In this document: piece after piece, positions 1-13,367 of the stretch
Position numbering within the stretch: position 1 is the first letter of the stretch
Layout of the letters: every line of letters starts with the position of its first letter
NCBI GenBank assembly: GCA_016748015.1
Contig: JAAOMT010000602.1
Location: 1,377,696 to 1,441,695 of the forward strand
Direction: 5' to 3'
Length of the DNA: 64,000 nt
Source of the DNA: Geosiphon pyriformis uo1
Taxonomy: Eukaryota; Fungi; Glomeromycota
Program-made: the position numbers and the translations under genes
The notes under the pieces: model-generated
What the model was told of the DNA's origin: nothing
The model's database searches: none
The model's input: only the letters and a program-made list of their open reading frames with translations

Positions 1-646
1 ACCATCTATTGCGCAAAGACCAGGTACTCCTTTGCCAGAAATTGAAGGACAGGAATATGGATTTCAATCATCAGATGATCTCGGTATCGACTTGTCTGAT
101 TTAATAATCACTGATTTACCTAGTTGGGAAGACGTTTATCAAATGATAAAAGATAAGAGTATCAAGAAAGCTTTCCCCTATATTGAGGAACACGCAAAAC
201 AAGGTAATGCTGTAGCCCAATATTACGCCGGTAGGTATCTTTACGAAGGTCAGTATGTTGAGCGTGACGAAGATCAAGCTTTGGCGTATCTTTGTCAAGC
301 AGCTGACACACCAGTTCAATACGGTCAGCGTACACCCGCACATATTTCATATGCGCAGTTTACCTATGCACATGGGTGCCTTAAAGGAAGCAGTTATGAC
401 CAAACAGCGGGAATTGAATACTTGAAGAAAGCGGTTCGTAATGGGCAACCGCAGGCATTGCTCTTTTATGGTGAGATTCTTTTAGATGGTCTATACGGTC
501 AACCTATCAGATTAGATGAAGCTGAAAAAATGTTGAAGGCATATAAACGAATGAATCCGCAAGAACTTGAAACCGAAAGTGGCAAGAAAAAATTCGAAAA
601 GATTGTTTACAAATTACAAATATACAAAAAGCAAGCTGGATCTTAA
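1..646 (+). CDS. Sel1-like (TPR) repeat protein, 5'-partial
   Basis: Frame 2 is open from the window edge to the TAA at 646. Three Sel1-type repeats: A-x-QGNAVAQYYAGRYLYEG...ALAYLCQAA; AQFTYAHGCLKG...GIEYLKKAVRNG; PQALLFYGEILLDG...AEKML. The listed TTG start is not the real start. Confidence 0.85.
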   Translation, partial: PSIAQRPGTPLPEIEGQEYGFQSSDDLGIDLSDLIITDLPSWEDVYQMIKDKSIKKAFPYIEEHAKQGNAVAQYYAGRYLYEGQYVERDEDQALAYLCQAADTPVQYGQRTPAHISYAQFTYAHGCLKGSSYDQTAGIEYLKKAVRNGQPQALLFYGEILLDGLYGQPIRLDEAEKMLKAYKRMNPQELETESGKKKFEKIVYKLQIYKKQAGS

Positions 647-1084
647 TTTCAATCGTGGCGCGAAATACAATTAGAATTCAAAATTCAAAGCTAGAAATGG
701 TTTCCTTTTGAAATAAATGTAAAGTTGGGTATTAATTTATTGGGAATTTTTGACAGAGGCTTAAGATGAATCTTGATGTAAATACTGTTAATTCTTCCTC
801 CTTCATTGGGAAAAACTTTATAATTGCTTGGGATTAAAAAATGTCTTTGAAATATGGTAATTGTTAACAATTTGTTTTTGATTCAAATTTTTGATCATTA
901 AATTGATTAAAGCGTAAATGTAAAAACAGGAGCCTTATATTGAATGTACAAGAAAAACTTAAATTGATGCCACTGAATTATAGATTTTAAATTTATTTTA
1001 TAACTTTACGAATCTTTGGAATGATAAAAAATGAAAGTATGATTTTTCTTAAAAATCTTTATTGAGAGAAGGAGGTCAATTAAA

Positions 1085-1668
1085 TATCATGAATATAAAA
1101 AATTCGGGAACTTATAATTTTTAGTTATCTTATGTAGTCATATGTATTAGCCACTGATGTCATTATATTAGCCACCCTATTTTTAGAATTAGTCGTTGAT
1201 GTGATCATTGACTTGATAATTGATCCCTTTTTAAGAGTATATAAGTGAGACCTTCCAAAGCCATAGAAATTCATTCACACTCAATTCATTAAAAACAAAG
1301 ATCAATACAACGATATCAACTCCTGTATTTCCTTTTCACTATTTCTTTTCCCTTTTCTTTTCTTGATTTGTATAATTGTTAGTTTTTATGAAGTATATTG
1401 AATCAACATTTACTGAAAAGGACAACTGATACCTGATATTGAATTCTAAGAGTGCCGATGTGAGGTATAGAATTATATCAGTGTGTGATTTTTTGTTCAG
1501 ATTCCCTTGTTACCATTTTTTGGAAAGAATAGTGACTGAAATATTTATGAGACTTATCTCGCATATTGAATCCCTACTAATTTAATTCGCTTATAAAGTT
1601 GGATTATTTTCATCGTCACACAATACTGTTCTTTGCTATCCATTAGCGTGTTACATCTGACCGTAATA
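1085..1668 (+). mobile_element. Solo LTR (Ty3/Gypsy-like), least-mutated copy
   Basis: Aligns by eye over ~550 bp with 45761-46466 and 62258-62877. Its 3' end TCTGACCGTAATA matches, as reverse complement and apart from three transitions, the 5' end of copy 2 (TATTATGGTTAAA), implying ancestral TGTTACGGTCAGA...TCTGACCGTAACA termini. TATATAAG box near 1238. 5' boundary approximate; no clear TSD. Confidence 0.7.
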
Positions 1669-2220
1669 ATGTAATTCATTTGCTATTAATCTTAACAAAA
1701 TTTTCTTGCATTGAACAATTATTAACATTATAGTTTGATTAAACAAATAATACAAACTTATTGAGATTTTGTTTTAAAAAGCTAAATAATTTTATTTAAC
1801 TTCTAAAGATTAATAATTTCAAGATTATTACTTTACTTGTACATTATTATTTAAATAACAGTTTTCTTTATGTGACCAAGTTTTTTTTTTACATTAATTA
1901 TAAAAACTTTAAAAATGTATTTTATTATTTTTGAATAATATTACATTTAAATTAGTATGCTTTAAAGTAGATTATTTATAACTTTATTTTACATATTTCA
2001 AGACATTTTTAAAATTAATAATTTTAATGTTTTTTTTTTGCATAATTTTTTTATTTTTAACTCCAAAAAAATATGTATCAATTATATGATTGTAAAATTA
2101 TTATTTAAAATTTTCTATGCCTTCTTTTGTTAATATTTTTTTGATTACTTTAAATTTGTTTCACTTTTTTGCAATTGATAGGTGAATTATAATAAATATT
2201 TTATATTAATTTTTTTAAAA

Positions 2221-2302
2221 TATCGTATTCACCTGGAAATAAGCACTCCCTTCTGATTTTTCATAGTAAATTAGGGTACTTATTCTCGGGTAAAATACGG
2301 TA
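2221..2302. mobile_element. Tiny MITE / TIR pair, Tc1-mariner/pogo-like
   Basis: TA-TCGTATTCACCTGGAAATAAGCACTC...GGGTACTTATTCTCGGGTAAAATACGG-TA: imperfect ~27-bp inverted repeats with TA on both sides. The CCGTATT terminus resembles pogo/Tigger TIRs. Confidence 0.55.
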
Positions 2303-3887
2303 CAAATATCATAAAAATAAAAAGTAAATCTTTTGTAACTTTACTAACTCGTTATTAATATCTGAATTGAGAATTTCATAAATTGTATTTTCATTTTTTA
2401 TAAAGACCAATTACTGGTCTTTTTTAAGCAATTATTATTTTTTTAACTTTTTTTTTTTGCATTTACTTTATTTCAAAAGAATTTTCAAAATCTTTTCAAA
2501 ATCTAGTCGGATTTTGAACGAATATTATTGATGATTTTGTATTTTGAAAAGTATTATTATAAAGTAGAAAATTTAAGATTTAAGATCTTTTTTGTTGATG
2601 ATTTAAATTGATTTGAACATTAACAATCTTGACCTTTTGTTTAAGTTGCTACCATTTGTTATTATCTTCAAACGTTTTTAAAAGATTAAAATTGCTTGCC
2701 ATTAAGGGCCTTGATAAAGACCGATGTGCAGTTTATTGAAATGATTAGATACAATATATTATCTTTATAGATTTTACATAGGTTAGATATAAAGTTAAAT
2801 AAACCATTGTAGTTTTTTCTGGAATGTTCGAGAACACTGTAACGATCACAATTTATAAGATATTCGCATTCACTTTTAGTGGAAACTGTTAAAAATTAAA
2901 ATTTTTTAAGTATCATCTTGGGCTTCTTAATTTATGAAAATATTTTAATGTCTTTAGGAAAAAGCTCTTAATATGTTAATTGACCTAAATACGTTTCAGA
3001 GAAAAACGAAGCTTTTTGGTAAAATTGGTAGGGTCTGTTGGTTACAAACTATATTATGAAATGCTAAAATAATAACATCTATGTTCTTGTTTTTAAAAGT
3101 AGGAAGAGAAAACGATGTTCAGGAAGGGATCATAAAGAAAGAAAGGGTATATTTTTGGCAAAAATATCATATTATTGATTGCGGCTCTAACTCAAACAAT
3201 GAAAATAAATAAATTATTTAGGATGACAACTTTGAGGAATTTTCAATGTACCAGAAATCATCATTATCTGAAAATAAATATCGAGGACAATTGTGTGTTT
3301 TTAATTTTAAACTTTATTAAGTGAAAAATGTTTTTGAAAGTTTGAATTGCATATATTGCTGTGAAGTTTTTTTTTGGTAAAACTAATTTTTGAAATTAGA
3401 AGAGATCAAAAGTCTACGATTTCAATTTTGAATTGCATTTGAAAATTTTCAGATTTCTTTAATATAGGGTAACAACTGCATGAAATCTTTCGACTCATAA
3501 GTAACTTCACTTTAATCCTCTTTTTCCAAATAAAATCTATGGTTTTAAAAATAAATGATAATGTTCTCAAGCATTTAGAAATTTTTCATTTTTGCTGAAT
3601 GTGTTTATCAATCTATTAAGCAAAGAAAGTTTTTCTCATTAAAAATTTTTTGCTTCATGATTTCAAATCATGATCCCTTTGATTATTCTTAAAATTTTGT
3701 GCGCATTAAATTATCAAAAAAATTTACACTTTACTTTTTTCTTACTTTTAAATTTCTATATACAATTCTTCATTATTTTTTACAAATTATATAAAAAACT
3801 AACTTTTTACTTTAAGTAATCACCATTACCATTACCATTACCCAATGTTTTTAACTTATTAACCCACCATTATAAAATATCACGTTT

Positions 3888-5250
3888 TCAAACTTGTGAA
3901 ATCCCCTCAATCTCAGTAGATCGCCCCTTTCCTTTTTGCTTGTTTGTTTTATTACTCCATATCGTTGTCATTTCTGCGTTGAATTTAGGGATTGTACGTA
4001 TTGAGGAGTCTTGTACAATATCTCGTTCTTCAAGATCAGCCACTGCATTGTCAATCCCAGATTTGCTTGGCATTACAGTGATCTGTGTTACTGGAAGTTT
4101 AATTGCAATTGTCGATGTATTATCTGTCATTTCTAAACTATTCCTACTTGGATGTTTCATTTCTGAACTATTCATACTTTGAGTTTTTGGTGTTGAATAA
4201 AAAGTGGCTAATTTACGTTTCGTAACTCGTGATATGATCAAAAAACCGCTGACAACAGATGTTGTAACCGCAATTGCCACGAAGCAGTATAAAATTTTCA
4301 TTGGTCGATGATGAGTACTAATCATTTTGAATACAAGTTGATCATCGCTGTCATATTGGGAGAACTAGAATAAGAGGAAGAAGATAAAGTAAAATTTAAT
4401 TCAAAGTTCTCCAAACAAGTAATGTTTTTATTATAAGATGAAAATTAATTTTTTGAAAAGAAAGCAATTTATGCTAAATCATACATACCCCCCACATGAA
4501 ACATGCAATCACAAGCTGAACAAAAGCATTTAAAGTAATCAAAATCAGCACACATATGAGAATAGTTAGGGGGTCTGTTTTATGATCATACCACCCGGCA
4601 TATTTTTTAATATTTTCGACATGTTCCGAACTTAGTTCCTCGTCACATATTGCACCCGATGTTGATTTGATTTCTCTTAAAAGTTTTATTGTATATCTTA
4701 GGGGTATCAAGCGTTGTCGAACGGTGAATATTGCCAGAGAAGTGGAAATCCCGTTTATTACTGTGGGAAAAAGAAAAAGAAAAAGAATCAAGTTTTCTGT
4801 TGTTGAAAAATATTAAATCAAGTGCCAAACTACAATGATTTGCTTACTTTGTGATAAAAGTTCAATCCACATTGCTCTCTTGGCTTCATTTTCAAACCTA
4901 ACCCCACCCAATAACATCACAAGTAACGAGAGCCCAACTACAGCAAAAATTAATACAATAACAGTCACTATAATAACTATTGGGCTCTTGAATGCTTGAA
5001 CCACTTCTTCTCGTAATAATTGAATTGGTGATCTTGTATCTTCTTGAGGTAGATTTTGTTGCATTGTCGTTTGTTCTATAAGAATCGCTGAAAGTTTTGC
5101 GGCTGAAGAGAGTTTCGTAGGTCTGAGGGGTGGTCGTTGGGGATTGAGTTGTGAATGAGTTGATGATATTGTTTTTTGTGAGGATGATTGTTTTGTAGCT
5201 ATTATTATTGGTGGTTTTACTCCCATTGTGATTGATAATGGGGGTTCCAT
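3888..5250 (-). CDS. DUF2985-like multi-pass membrane protein (3 exons: 5250-4848, 4760-4489, 4364-3888; 383 aa)
   Basis: GT-AG introns join three ORF-track pieces in frame (1152 nt). Spliced motifs WIELLSQIINGISTSL and LNAFVQLVIACFMWG...HRP resemble DUF2985. Four hydrophobic segments. Confidence 0.8.
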
Positions 5251-6288
5251 GAAGAAAAAAAGCCTTTTGCTTTTGATCTGGGTGTTGTGAAAGTATAGAA
5301 TTCGAATTTTACAAGAAAAGGTAATGAAAATTATTCTTTGATTGAATAATTTACGTCGTTTTGAGCTGGAACGTCTTCAAAAACTTTTGATATAAGCGGG
5401 AAATTTTAAATAAAACAAAATCTAGGCTTTTAAATTATAATTTTCTTTTAAATCAAAGTCGGTTCTTATTTCCTTTGGCAGAATAAAATTTTTTAATCTC
5501 ATAAGTCACCTCAAATTAAAACCAACAATTTTTGATAATTGAAAAACACCACCACCAGGACCACTTTTTATAAAATATTTTACAAAATGACAGACCAATA
5601 GACAAATTGTGTGACAAACTGAGAATAATCAAGAATTTAAATTTTTTTTCTCACTCGAGAGCTAAAATCATTAGTCCTTTTTGTTTCGCATACATTAAAA
5701 CCCCGAATACTATTTGGTAGCATAAATGAAGGGAGTCTTATGTTTCTTATTTGTACTGGGTTGTTACACAATTGCCATTGATTTTTGATCGGTGATGAAT
5801 ATTTTAATAAATAAGGTGAAGACTGGGCGGTTTTTCCATTACTATTGATTTTTTAAATTTCCTAATCAAGAAAGAATTATACCTACATTTATGTCACAAT
5901 GATGGTGAAAATTCCAAAAAAAATAGAAATGATTCAGTTTGAGAAAAGGAAATTGGAAATTGGAAATTGGAAATTTTTTAAAGTTTATTTTTAAAACTAA
6001 ATTCAGTTAAACCCATGGGACGTCAGATTTGTGCAATGATTAAACATACGATTCAGAAAAATGATTTTTTAATATTTAATCTGTGGAGAATAAAAATTCT
6101 GGGCAAGCTTTTTTAATATCATTTGATAATGGTGTACAATAGTGTGATATATCAATCGAATATTTAAAAAATTTACGAAAATTTAAAGCTATATAGTTTA
6201 CTTTAATTTATGTGACTTCTTGAGGGGTATTAAGTTTTAGTCCTTTTTTAAAATACTGAATTGTCACATCAGTCTTTACTATTTCAAA

Positions 6289-6292
6289 ATAA

Positions 6293-6374
<82 letters not shown>
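6289..6374. repeat. (AAT)n microsatellite
   Basis: Near-perfect AAT run with one ACT interruption. Confidence 0.95.
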
Positions 6375-8337
6375 TTGTGAACCAAATAAATTTTGTCATG
6401 ATCAATTCTTTTTTGAATTTCATGTAAAGTTCACGGAGGTTTTCTCCTAGTTTCATAGATCTGAATTTATTGGGTAAACGATTAAATCAAAAATTGTTTA
6501 TTTAATTATGATTTTTTGATTTTTCGTCATCGCTGCAAATGAAAGAAATCAGATTAAGTGATCGTGATCAAAAATTCTAATTTTGAAAGTAGGGAAAGCC
6601 AAAATATCAAACATAAATACACCAATATTTAATAATAAAAACAAAATTTTATGTTGATTTGATAAAAATTCCAAAAGTTAAATATTGTTTCAAAACATTT
6701 CACATTAGCCAAGTTTATGTGACTCTGTTGTTTTTATTTGTTTGATTGATTGATTGTTTATTATTGTGAGTAATTGAAAAATTGATTTACGGATCACGAA
6801 ATCCTTATTATTGAGAGGATGATACTGAAAGAAATTTGTGTCATTTTAATGAAGTTCTTGCTAAAAGATATTATTCATCAACAAACATTTGTAAAATGAA
6901 GTTATTATTATTTGTTTACATTTAAAATAATTATCTTTTGAAAGTTTGAAACATATAAAAACAAAGAAAATTCTGGATATTATTTAAATATGTGGTACAA
7001 ATTTTTTTTGAAAAACCAAACAATTGATCATATGTATTTGAATTCATGATCATGATTCTCAAATGGTTTATGTATAAATGAAATTTTAAATAAAATGATA
7101 TAGTTTAATAAAAGAAAAGTATTAAATTCTATATTTTTTCATGTTTAAAAAATTATTTTCATGTACAAATTAATAATTTTATTTTAATTCTCTTTTGGTT
7201 TATTCGCAAATCTGGCCAACAAAAATCAGTCGATTTATATGGCGATTTGTAAATTTTGTTGTGTCAAAAAAATTTAATCATGAAAATATGAGTTTTAAAC
7301 TTCTTATTGGTAAAAACTTTAGTCAAAAGGTTTTCGTAAAAAGAATGAATGACAAAAGTTTTTATCAATAAAGTTTACAAATCATGTCAATTTAAAGATT
7401 TAATTTATTATAATTATTCAAAATTTACTTTAATCACTAAATGTTTGTTTATACTTTGAACAAGTTTACCTTAAAAAATATATATATATATATTTATATT
7501 AGAAAACAATTGAATTTACAATAATAAAAATTAAATATTTTTTAATAATGCAAAAATATAAAAGAGATCAATATTTAAAGCGATGAATAAAGTTTTGTTT
7601 TGATAAGTTTTAATAAAGATCTGAATCACAAAATTGAAATTTAATTGTTTATTTAATTATTAAAATTGTTTAATAATAAATAAAGAAAAATAATTTTTTT
7701 TTTAATTAATATAATTTTGTACTTATGCTAAGACAACTTGAGAATTAATCTTTTCTTATTATAAAACCCAAACAATTTTTAGGTTTAAACAAGAAAAAAT
7801 ACAGTCATGTTTTATATCTTTCTTTCTTTAATAGTCCAATTTTAAAATTTCAAGCTAAAAAGGTTTGCAAATTAAAAAAAAAAGAAGACACTATAAGTTC
7901 TGATAGGAAAAAGCATATATACCATGAAATCTTGTATAAATAATTAAAATCTAACGTTACTTGACAGAAATTACCATATCTCTTAAGATAATTTGAAAAT
8001 ATTACAATATATTAAAAAAGCATGGCTTGTAAAGATGGGGAAGCAATCTCACTGTGATGAGATAATCGTAATTCCTTTATAAAAAAAAAAGCTCGCCCCA
8101 ATAAAAGATCACCCTTTTAGTTATGTAGTGCTCATATTTATGTTCTTATAAAAACCTTATTAAAAGCAAGCGGCATTTGTGTTTTGTAATATATAAATGA
8201 TAATTTTGCTTGGAACAATTATGTTACTTTTTAAAATTTGGAAAAAAGGTCTTTATTTTATGTAATTTTCTTTTTGATACTGGATGGATATAGCTATGAA
8301 TTCAATAACTTCAAAAAAAGTAATAATTATTAATTCG

Positions 8338-8367
8338 AATAGATCATATCCATGGATATGATCTATT
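8338..8367. repeat. Perfect 30-bp palindrome
   Basis: AATAGATCATATCCATGGATATGATCTATT equals its own reverse complement. Confidence 0.9.
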
Positions 8368-11300
8368 ATATGCTGTAAAAGGAATAGACAATAGATTCTT
8401 CGATATTTTTAATAAAAAGCAACTTTTTAATCGGGTTTCGAAATCAGAATTTGTAAAGAATTAATTTGTAAATATCAAACATGATGAATTGTTTATTAAA
8501 ATCATAAAGGATATATATTAAAAAAAAAAAAAAAAAGGAAAGAGAAAACCTCAAAAAATTTATGAATACCAGGAAATTTGAGATTAAATATGCTCAAAAA
8601 TAAAAGATTGTACAATATATTATTACCGTATGAATATTTGAATGGTATTGATTTAATCCAATTTTCTTTATGTTGCAGATTTCGAAATTAACATTTTTTT
8701 GCTTTGAATGAATGAATAAATAAATAAATAAAACTCAAACGAGGTCAAAATACTAAATAAATTTAAGCTTGATAGAAAGCAATCATTTAAAACATAAATG
8801 CTTATTAACTCTTTAGGACTAGCAATCAAATATATTTTTTTACTAACATCCGGGAAAGTAGCATAAGTTGTAGATTCTCAGTTATTGTTTGGTTTAAAAG
8901 TTGACCTATTAATCGGGTTGAAACACATTCTTGATAAATCTAGGTTCAAACTTAATAAGGTCTGTGGGATTTTTTATCTTCAAAAAATGGGGATAATGTT
9001 TCACTACCGAATTTGTGGGACAAGTAAAAAAGACAAAGAAGCTTTGATATCTCATTTTCGAGTGCTCAAACAAAATAAATACTAATAATAATAATGTTAA
9101 GATTCACATAGAATTTCAAACTTTAAAAAAGCCTATTACAACTCCAGATAAGGTAATAGAAAAGCCATTATTAAAAAGATATTTGTCATCCCACATGATT
9201 TCTATGAAAGGAATGATTTTGGATAATTAGTGGTAATACATTTACTATATATATATATTGCAAACGGAAATTAGGATAAATCTTAATAATTTTAAAATCT
9301 TAATTTATTAAGAACTAAAAAAATTGCTTTCTAACTCTATCAAGTAAAAAACTGAATTGTTCAGTAAATAGAAAAAATCTTCAATTTTCTTTTTTTAAAG
9401 TTTTTAACTATAAAAATAGGTTAGAATTTACCCAAACATGCAATCATAGGGTAAGTGACCCTTATTGTTATGTTAAATTAAAATATCATAAAGCAAAAAG
9501 CTTCTGTCTATTTCAAGTAAAAAATAATAATTTGAAACCCAAAACTCTCAAAACCCGTAATTATTAACTTTTTCTGTGGATATGTACAACCAAAATTATG
9601 AATCTCTAAAAGTTTGGGATTATTATCTCAATTACATTTATAGTTTCTCAAAGCGAAAAAAGTAAATGAACGGACAAAATAGAAGTACAATTAATTAATT
9701 TCATTTGTTTTCAAATCATTCGAGAAAAAAAAATTGCCAACTATAAACCATTTAAAAACACGTTATGTAAAAAAGGTTGAAACTCTATATTTAAAGAAAT
9801 TTTTAGTTCTACAATTTCCTGCACCTTCTTCTTAACCTTTTATCTTTCACACAAAATAAAAAAAACTATTATCCTCTTTCTAATTTTGAAGCTTATTAAA
9901 AAATTCACCTAAAATCATTTTCCTTACCCAATAGCAAGTTTTAATTTATAAGTCAAAGTTGAATTATAACAAGTTTTAGGAGATCTGACAACTAGGAGTG
10001 ATAAACAAATGTGGCTTAAAAAACTGAAATTTAAGTTTAAATTTTGCATAATCAAATTATGCGAAAATGAACGTAATCTTTAGCTTGTGGCCAGATATTA
10101 AACTTTGTAAGGAATAATTTATATTTTTTTCCTCATGGTTTTCCGAATTTGATGTATCTAATATTTTTTAAAGGTTTATACTAACTATCAGTGTAGTAAT
10201 TTGTTTCATTCATTACTAGGAATAAACAATCCTTTCAATTCTAAGCTGAATCGTTTTCAAAAAAGAAATTCTTTTTGGACGAATTCAAAAAATTCTTTTA
10301 CTGGATTGAAAATATAATTACAAATAAAGAATATCCATTAAAAAAAAGCTTTAACTTTTTCAGTGAATTTAATCATAATAATTCGTTAATTTCTGAATAA
10401 GCGTCTGCCAAATAGATAGTAAAATACTGAAATCCGAAAAAAAAATCCCCCAATAAAAAAGATAAAAATAAATTTTCAGTTTTCAATGGAAATAGCTTGA
10501 AAGGAAAAAAAAAAAAAAGGAATTCGACTTACCAAAGCTCAAAAATATTATCAAAATCAAAGAAAACATCCATTGCTGTATTGATGATAAACCATCCTTA
10601 TTACTTTTTCTTTCATGGTAATTCATTTGAAAAGGTTGTGAGGAATTTATTTCCTTTGGATCTACCTATTACAAATATATTTTTAATTTTTAAATAAAAC
10701 TTTTTTAGACTGTGCCTATTTCGAGTACATTTTTAAATTTTCAATACGACTGTTTAGAAACTGTTTCAATTAAAAAAATCTTACCATAAACTCGTCTTCG
10801 GAACTGATTGTTATCAAATAAATTTCTGGAATTTGACTACTTTTTGAATTCACCGCGGCTTTTTCTGGGTATTTGAGACTCATTAGGATTTTAATTTTGT
10901 TCAAAATTCCAGTGTTTTTTTTTTCCAGAGATTTTCAAAGAGTAAAATTAATCCCCTTTTTAAAATTTTATATGAACAATATTCTTGGCAGTTAAGTTCA
11001 TAAAATATTTTCTCTGCTGACATTTTTTTTTATAGAGAATTTCATTCAGTGTAATGTTCCTCAAAAGATAACTGTAATGTTAGCGTGAATTTGTGGAACG
11101 CTCACAAAAAATGGTGAAATTCCATGGGTTAAACAAAACAAAAGATTTGAAATTCGATATTTGGGAGCAAGATGATTCACATGAACATTTTGGTGCAACT
11201 TCTAATTAGGCAGACATCTTTGTTTTTGAATTCGCAAGGGAAAACTAAAGTTTAACTCAAATCATTACGAAAAAAGGTTTTTGATAAGCGCAGGGTTTTT

Positions 11301-11805
11301 TTTATCTATAACCAATTATAAATTTATCCTGAGAATGAGTCATTTGGGAATTCATTCCACAATTAACCTAATAAAATAAATAATTTCTGAACGTTTTAAG
11401 CTTTCCTTCTTATCTTATGGCTGAGTTCTTTTATTCTGAACTAATTTACATTAAGTATATTGTGAGATGTAGAAAAAAAAAGTCTACAAATATATATAAA
11501 TCTCTAAATCAAAACTGATTTTTATTTTTTTCAAATGATGAAAATACTAAATTGATACTTTTTTTCATAATTATAATTAAGGTTTCTAACTTGTTTTCAA
11601 CCATTTTAATATTTATTTTGAGAACTTTAAAAAAGTGGATAATTGAAAAAGATTTTCAAATACCAGATTGAGCTTTACAAATTAATATCCCAAAAATTAA
11701 TTATTTTAATCAAATTTCATTTAAAATAAGTTTAACGGAATTTTATCATTCCAATACCCCCTCCACCTCGTGAAAATTGAATTTGAAAAAGTTCATGTGG
11801 TTAGA

Positions 11806-11840
11806 GGGGGGGTGAGGGGGAGGGGTTAAGGGAAGGGGGG
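11806..11840 (+). other. G-quadruplex-capable G-tract cluster
   Basis: GGGGGGGTGAGGGGGAGGGGTTAAGGGAAGGGGGG: five runs of at least 3 G in AT-rich intergenic DNA. Confidence 0.6.
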
Positions 11841-13367
11841 ATCATGGATTAAAAAAAGGAGTCATTTTTTTAAATGATAGCTTGAACATGAAATTTTATT
11901 CATTTCACTCTTTTTTATGGTCTTATATCCCATCAAGTAAACAAAATGAACTCCCATTTGATTTTAAAATGAATCAGTATCATGAAAAATGAAAACAAAA
12001 AACCAAAAGAAAATTATTTAATTAAATATCCTTTTTCAGATTAGAAAATCTCATTGAGCCGATATGCACAAAAGGTAGGGGAATAGATGTACATGTAGTA
12101 ATAAACTTTAATTCTACATTAAGGGTCAATTTGAAATATATATATATTTTTTTTTTTGATCCCAAATGATTTTTTTTAATTATTCAGAAAAAATTAATAA
12201 TTTGATATAAATAAATATCGCTTTCTAATCTTTTTTTTTTTGGAAAAAGCAATATAAAAAAAATTATTAATAACAAAAAAGCTCCAAGAATAACCTATTA
12301 AAATTTCAAACATACTATAAGGTGTACCCAAAAATAAATAAATAAAAACTCTGTGCATTTTACGTGTAACATCTTTATTCAAAAAAAAAATTTTTTGATT
12401 CAAATAGTGAATTTTGAAAATGATTACCTTTTGCTTCTGGCTGCCAAGATCTTTTTCTTTATATAAAAAATTTTCCAAATTTTATTGTATGGGTTTCTTT
12501 TTGCAACTCTTGTAAAAAAGCCTTGCTTATATAGATTTGAAAAATCTCCATCAAAATCCTACTTCATACAAAAAAATCATCCCTTTCTACGAAAATAAAG
12601 GCAAGTATCAAGATAAAAGGACGTTCAAAGATATTTAAACTTTTCTAACAAATCCATGCCAGCCAACTATGCGAAATATCCAAAAATTTGTCGACAACTC
12701 TTTCAAAAAGCAGTGGTTATAATAGAAGTGAAATATAAGTGTTGGAAACCATGAAATGTGAAATTTTCTTATTAAAAGTATCAAATTAATTCCTTCATTT
12801 TAATAATTCGCTCAATAAAATTCTTTGAAAATCGTGGTTTTTTAATTTCAAAGAAAAAAGATTATCATCCCTCTAACCTTTTAAAAGTCCCCTAGATGCG
12901 CTATAACATAAGCATCCTCAATCTTTTTGAAATGAATACTGAATACAAATTAAATAATTTTGTCTGTAAAATCCATTATATGTGATATGATTCTTTTCCT
13001 AATTTATGCTCTCCCTTTAATCAGAAAACATAGATATTCAAAAATAATATATCGTCTCTCAAAAAAAGATAAAAAAAAAGTGTTTTTTATCACTTTTTGT
13101 GACATTTGCGATGAAGAGGATGAGGGAGGGAGAAATTCCTTCTATTTAACTTTTTACAAAGGTAGGGTTCAAGCAAAAATTTTTGGAACTGAGAATGTTA
13201 ATTGAAGGGTATGCAATTTGAAATAAAAATGCAATTTATCAAAATAATTGATTTAATTCTAGTATATTCAACTGCTCTCGAGGAAAATTATATTGGAAAA
13301 TCAATAAAAATAGTTTATATTCAGGTAAAAAATATAACATAAATAAACAATACCTCAAACTATTATT

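Noticed and set aside
12883-12920. AAAGTCCCC resembling RNase MRP CR-I
   Set aside because: No complementary GGGGCT (CR-V) at a suitable distance downstream.
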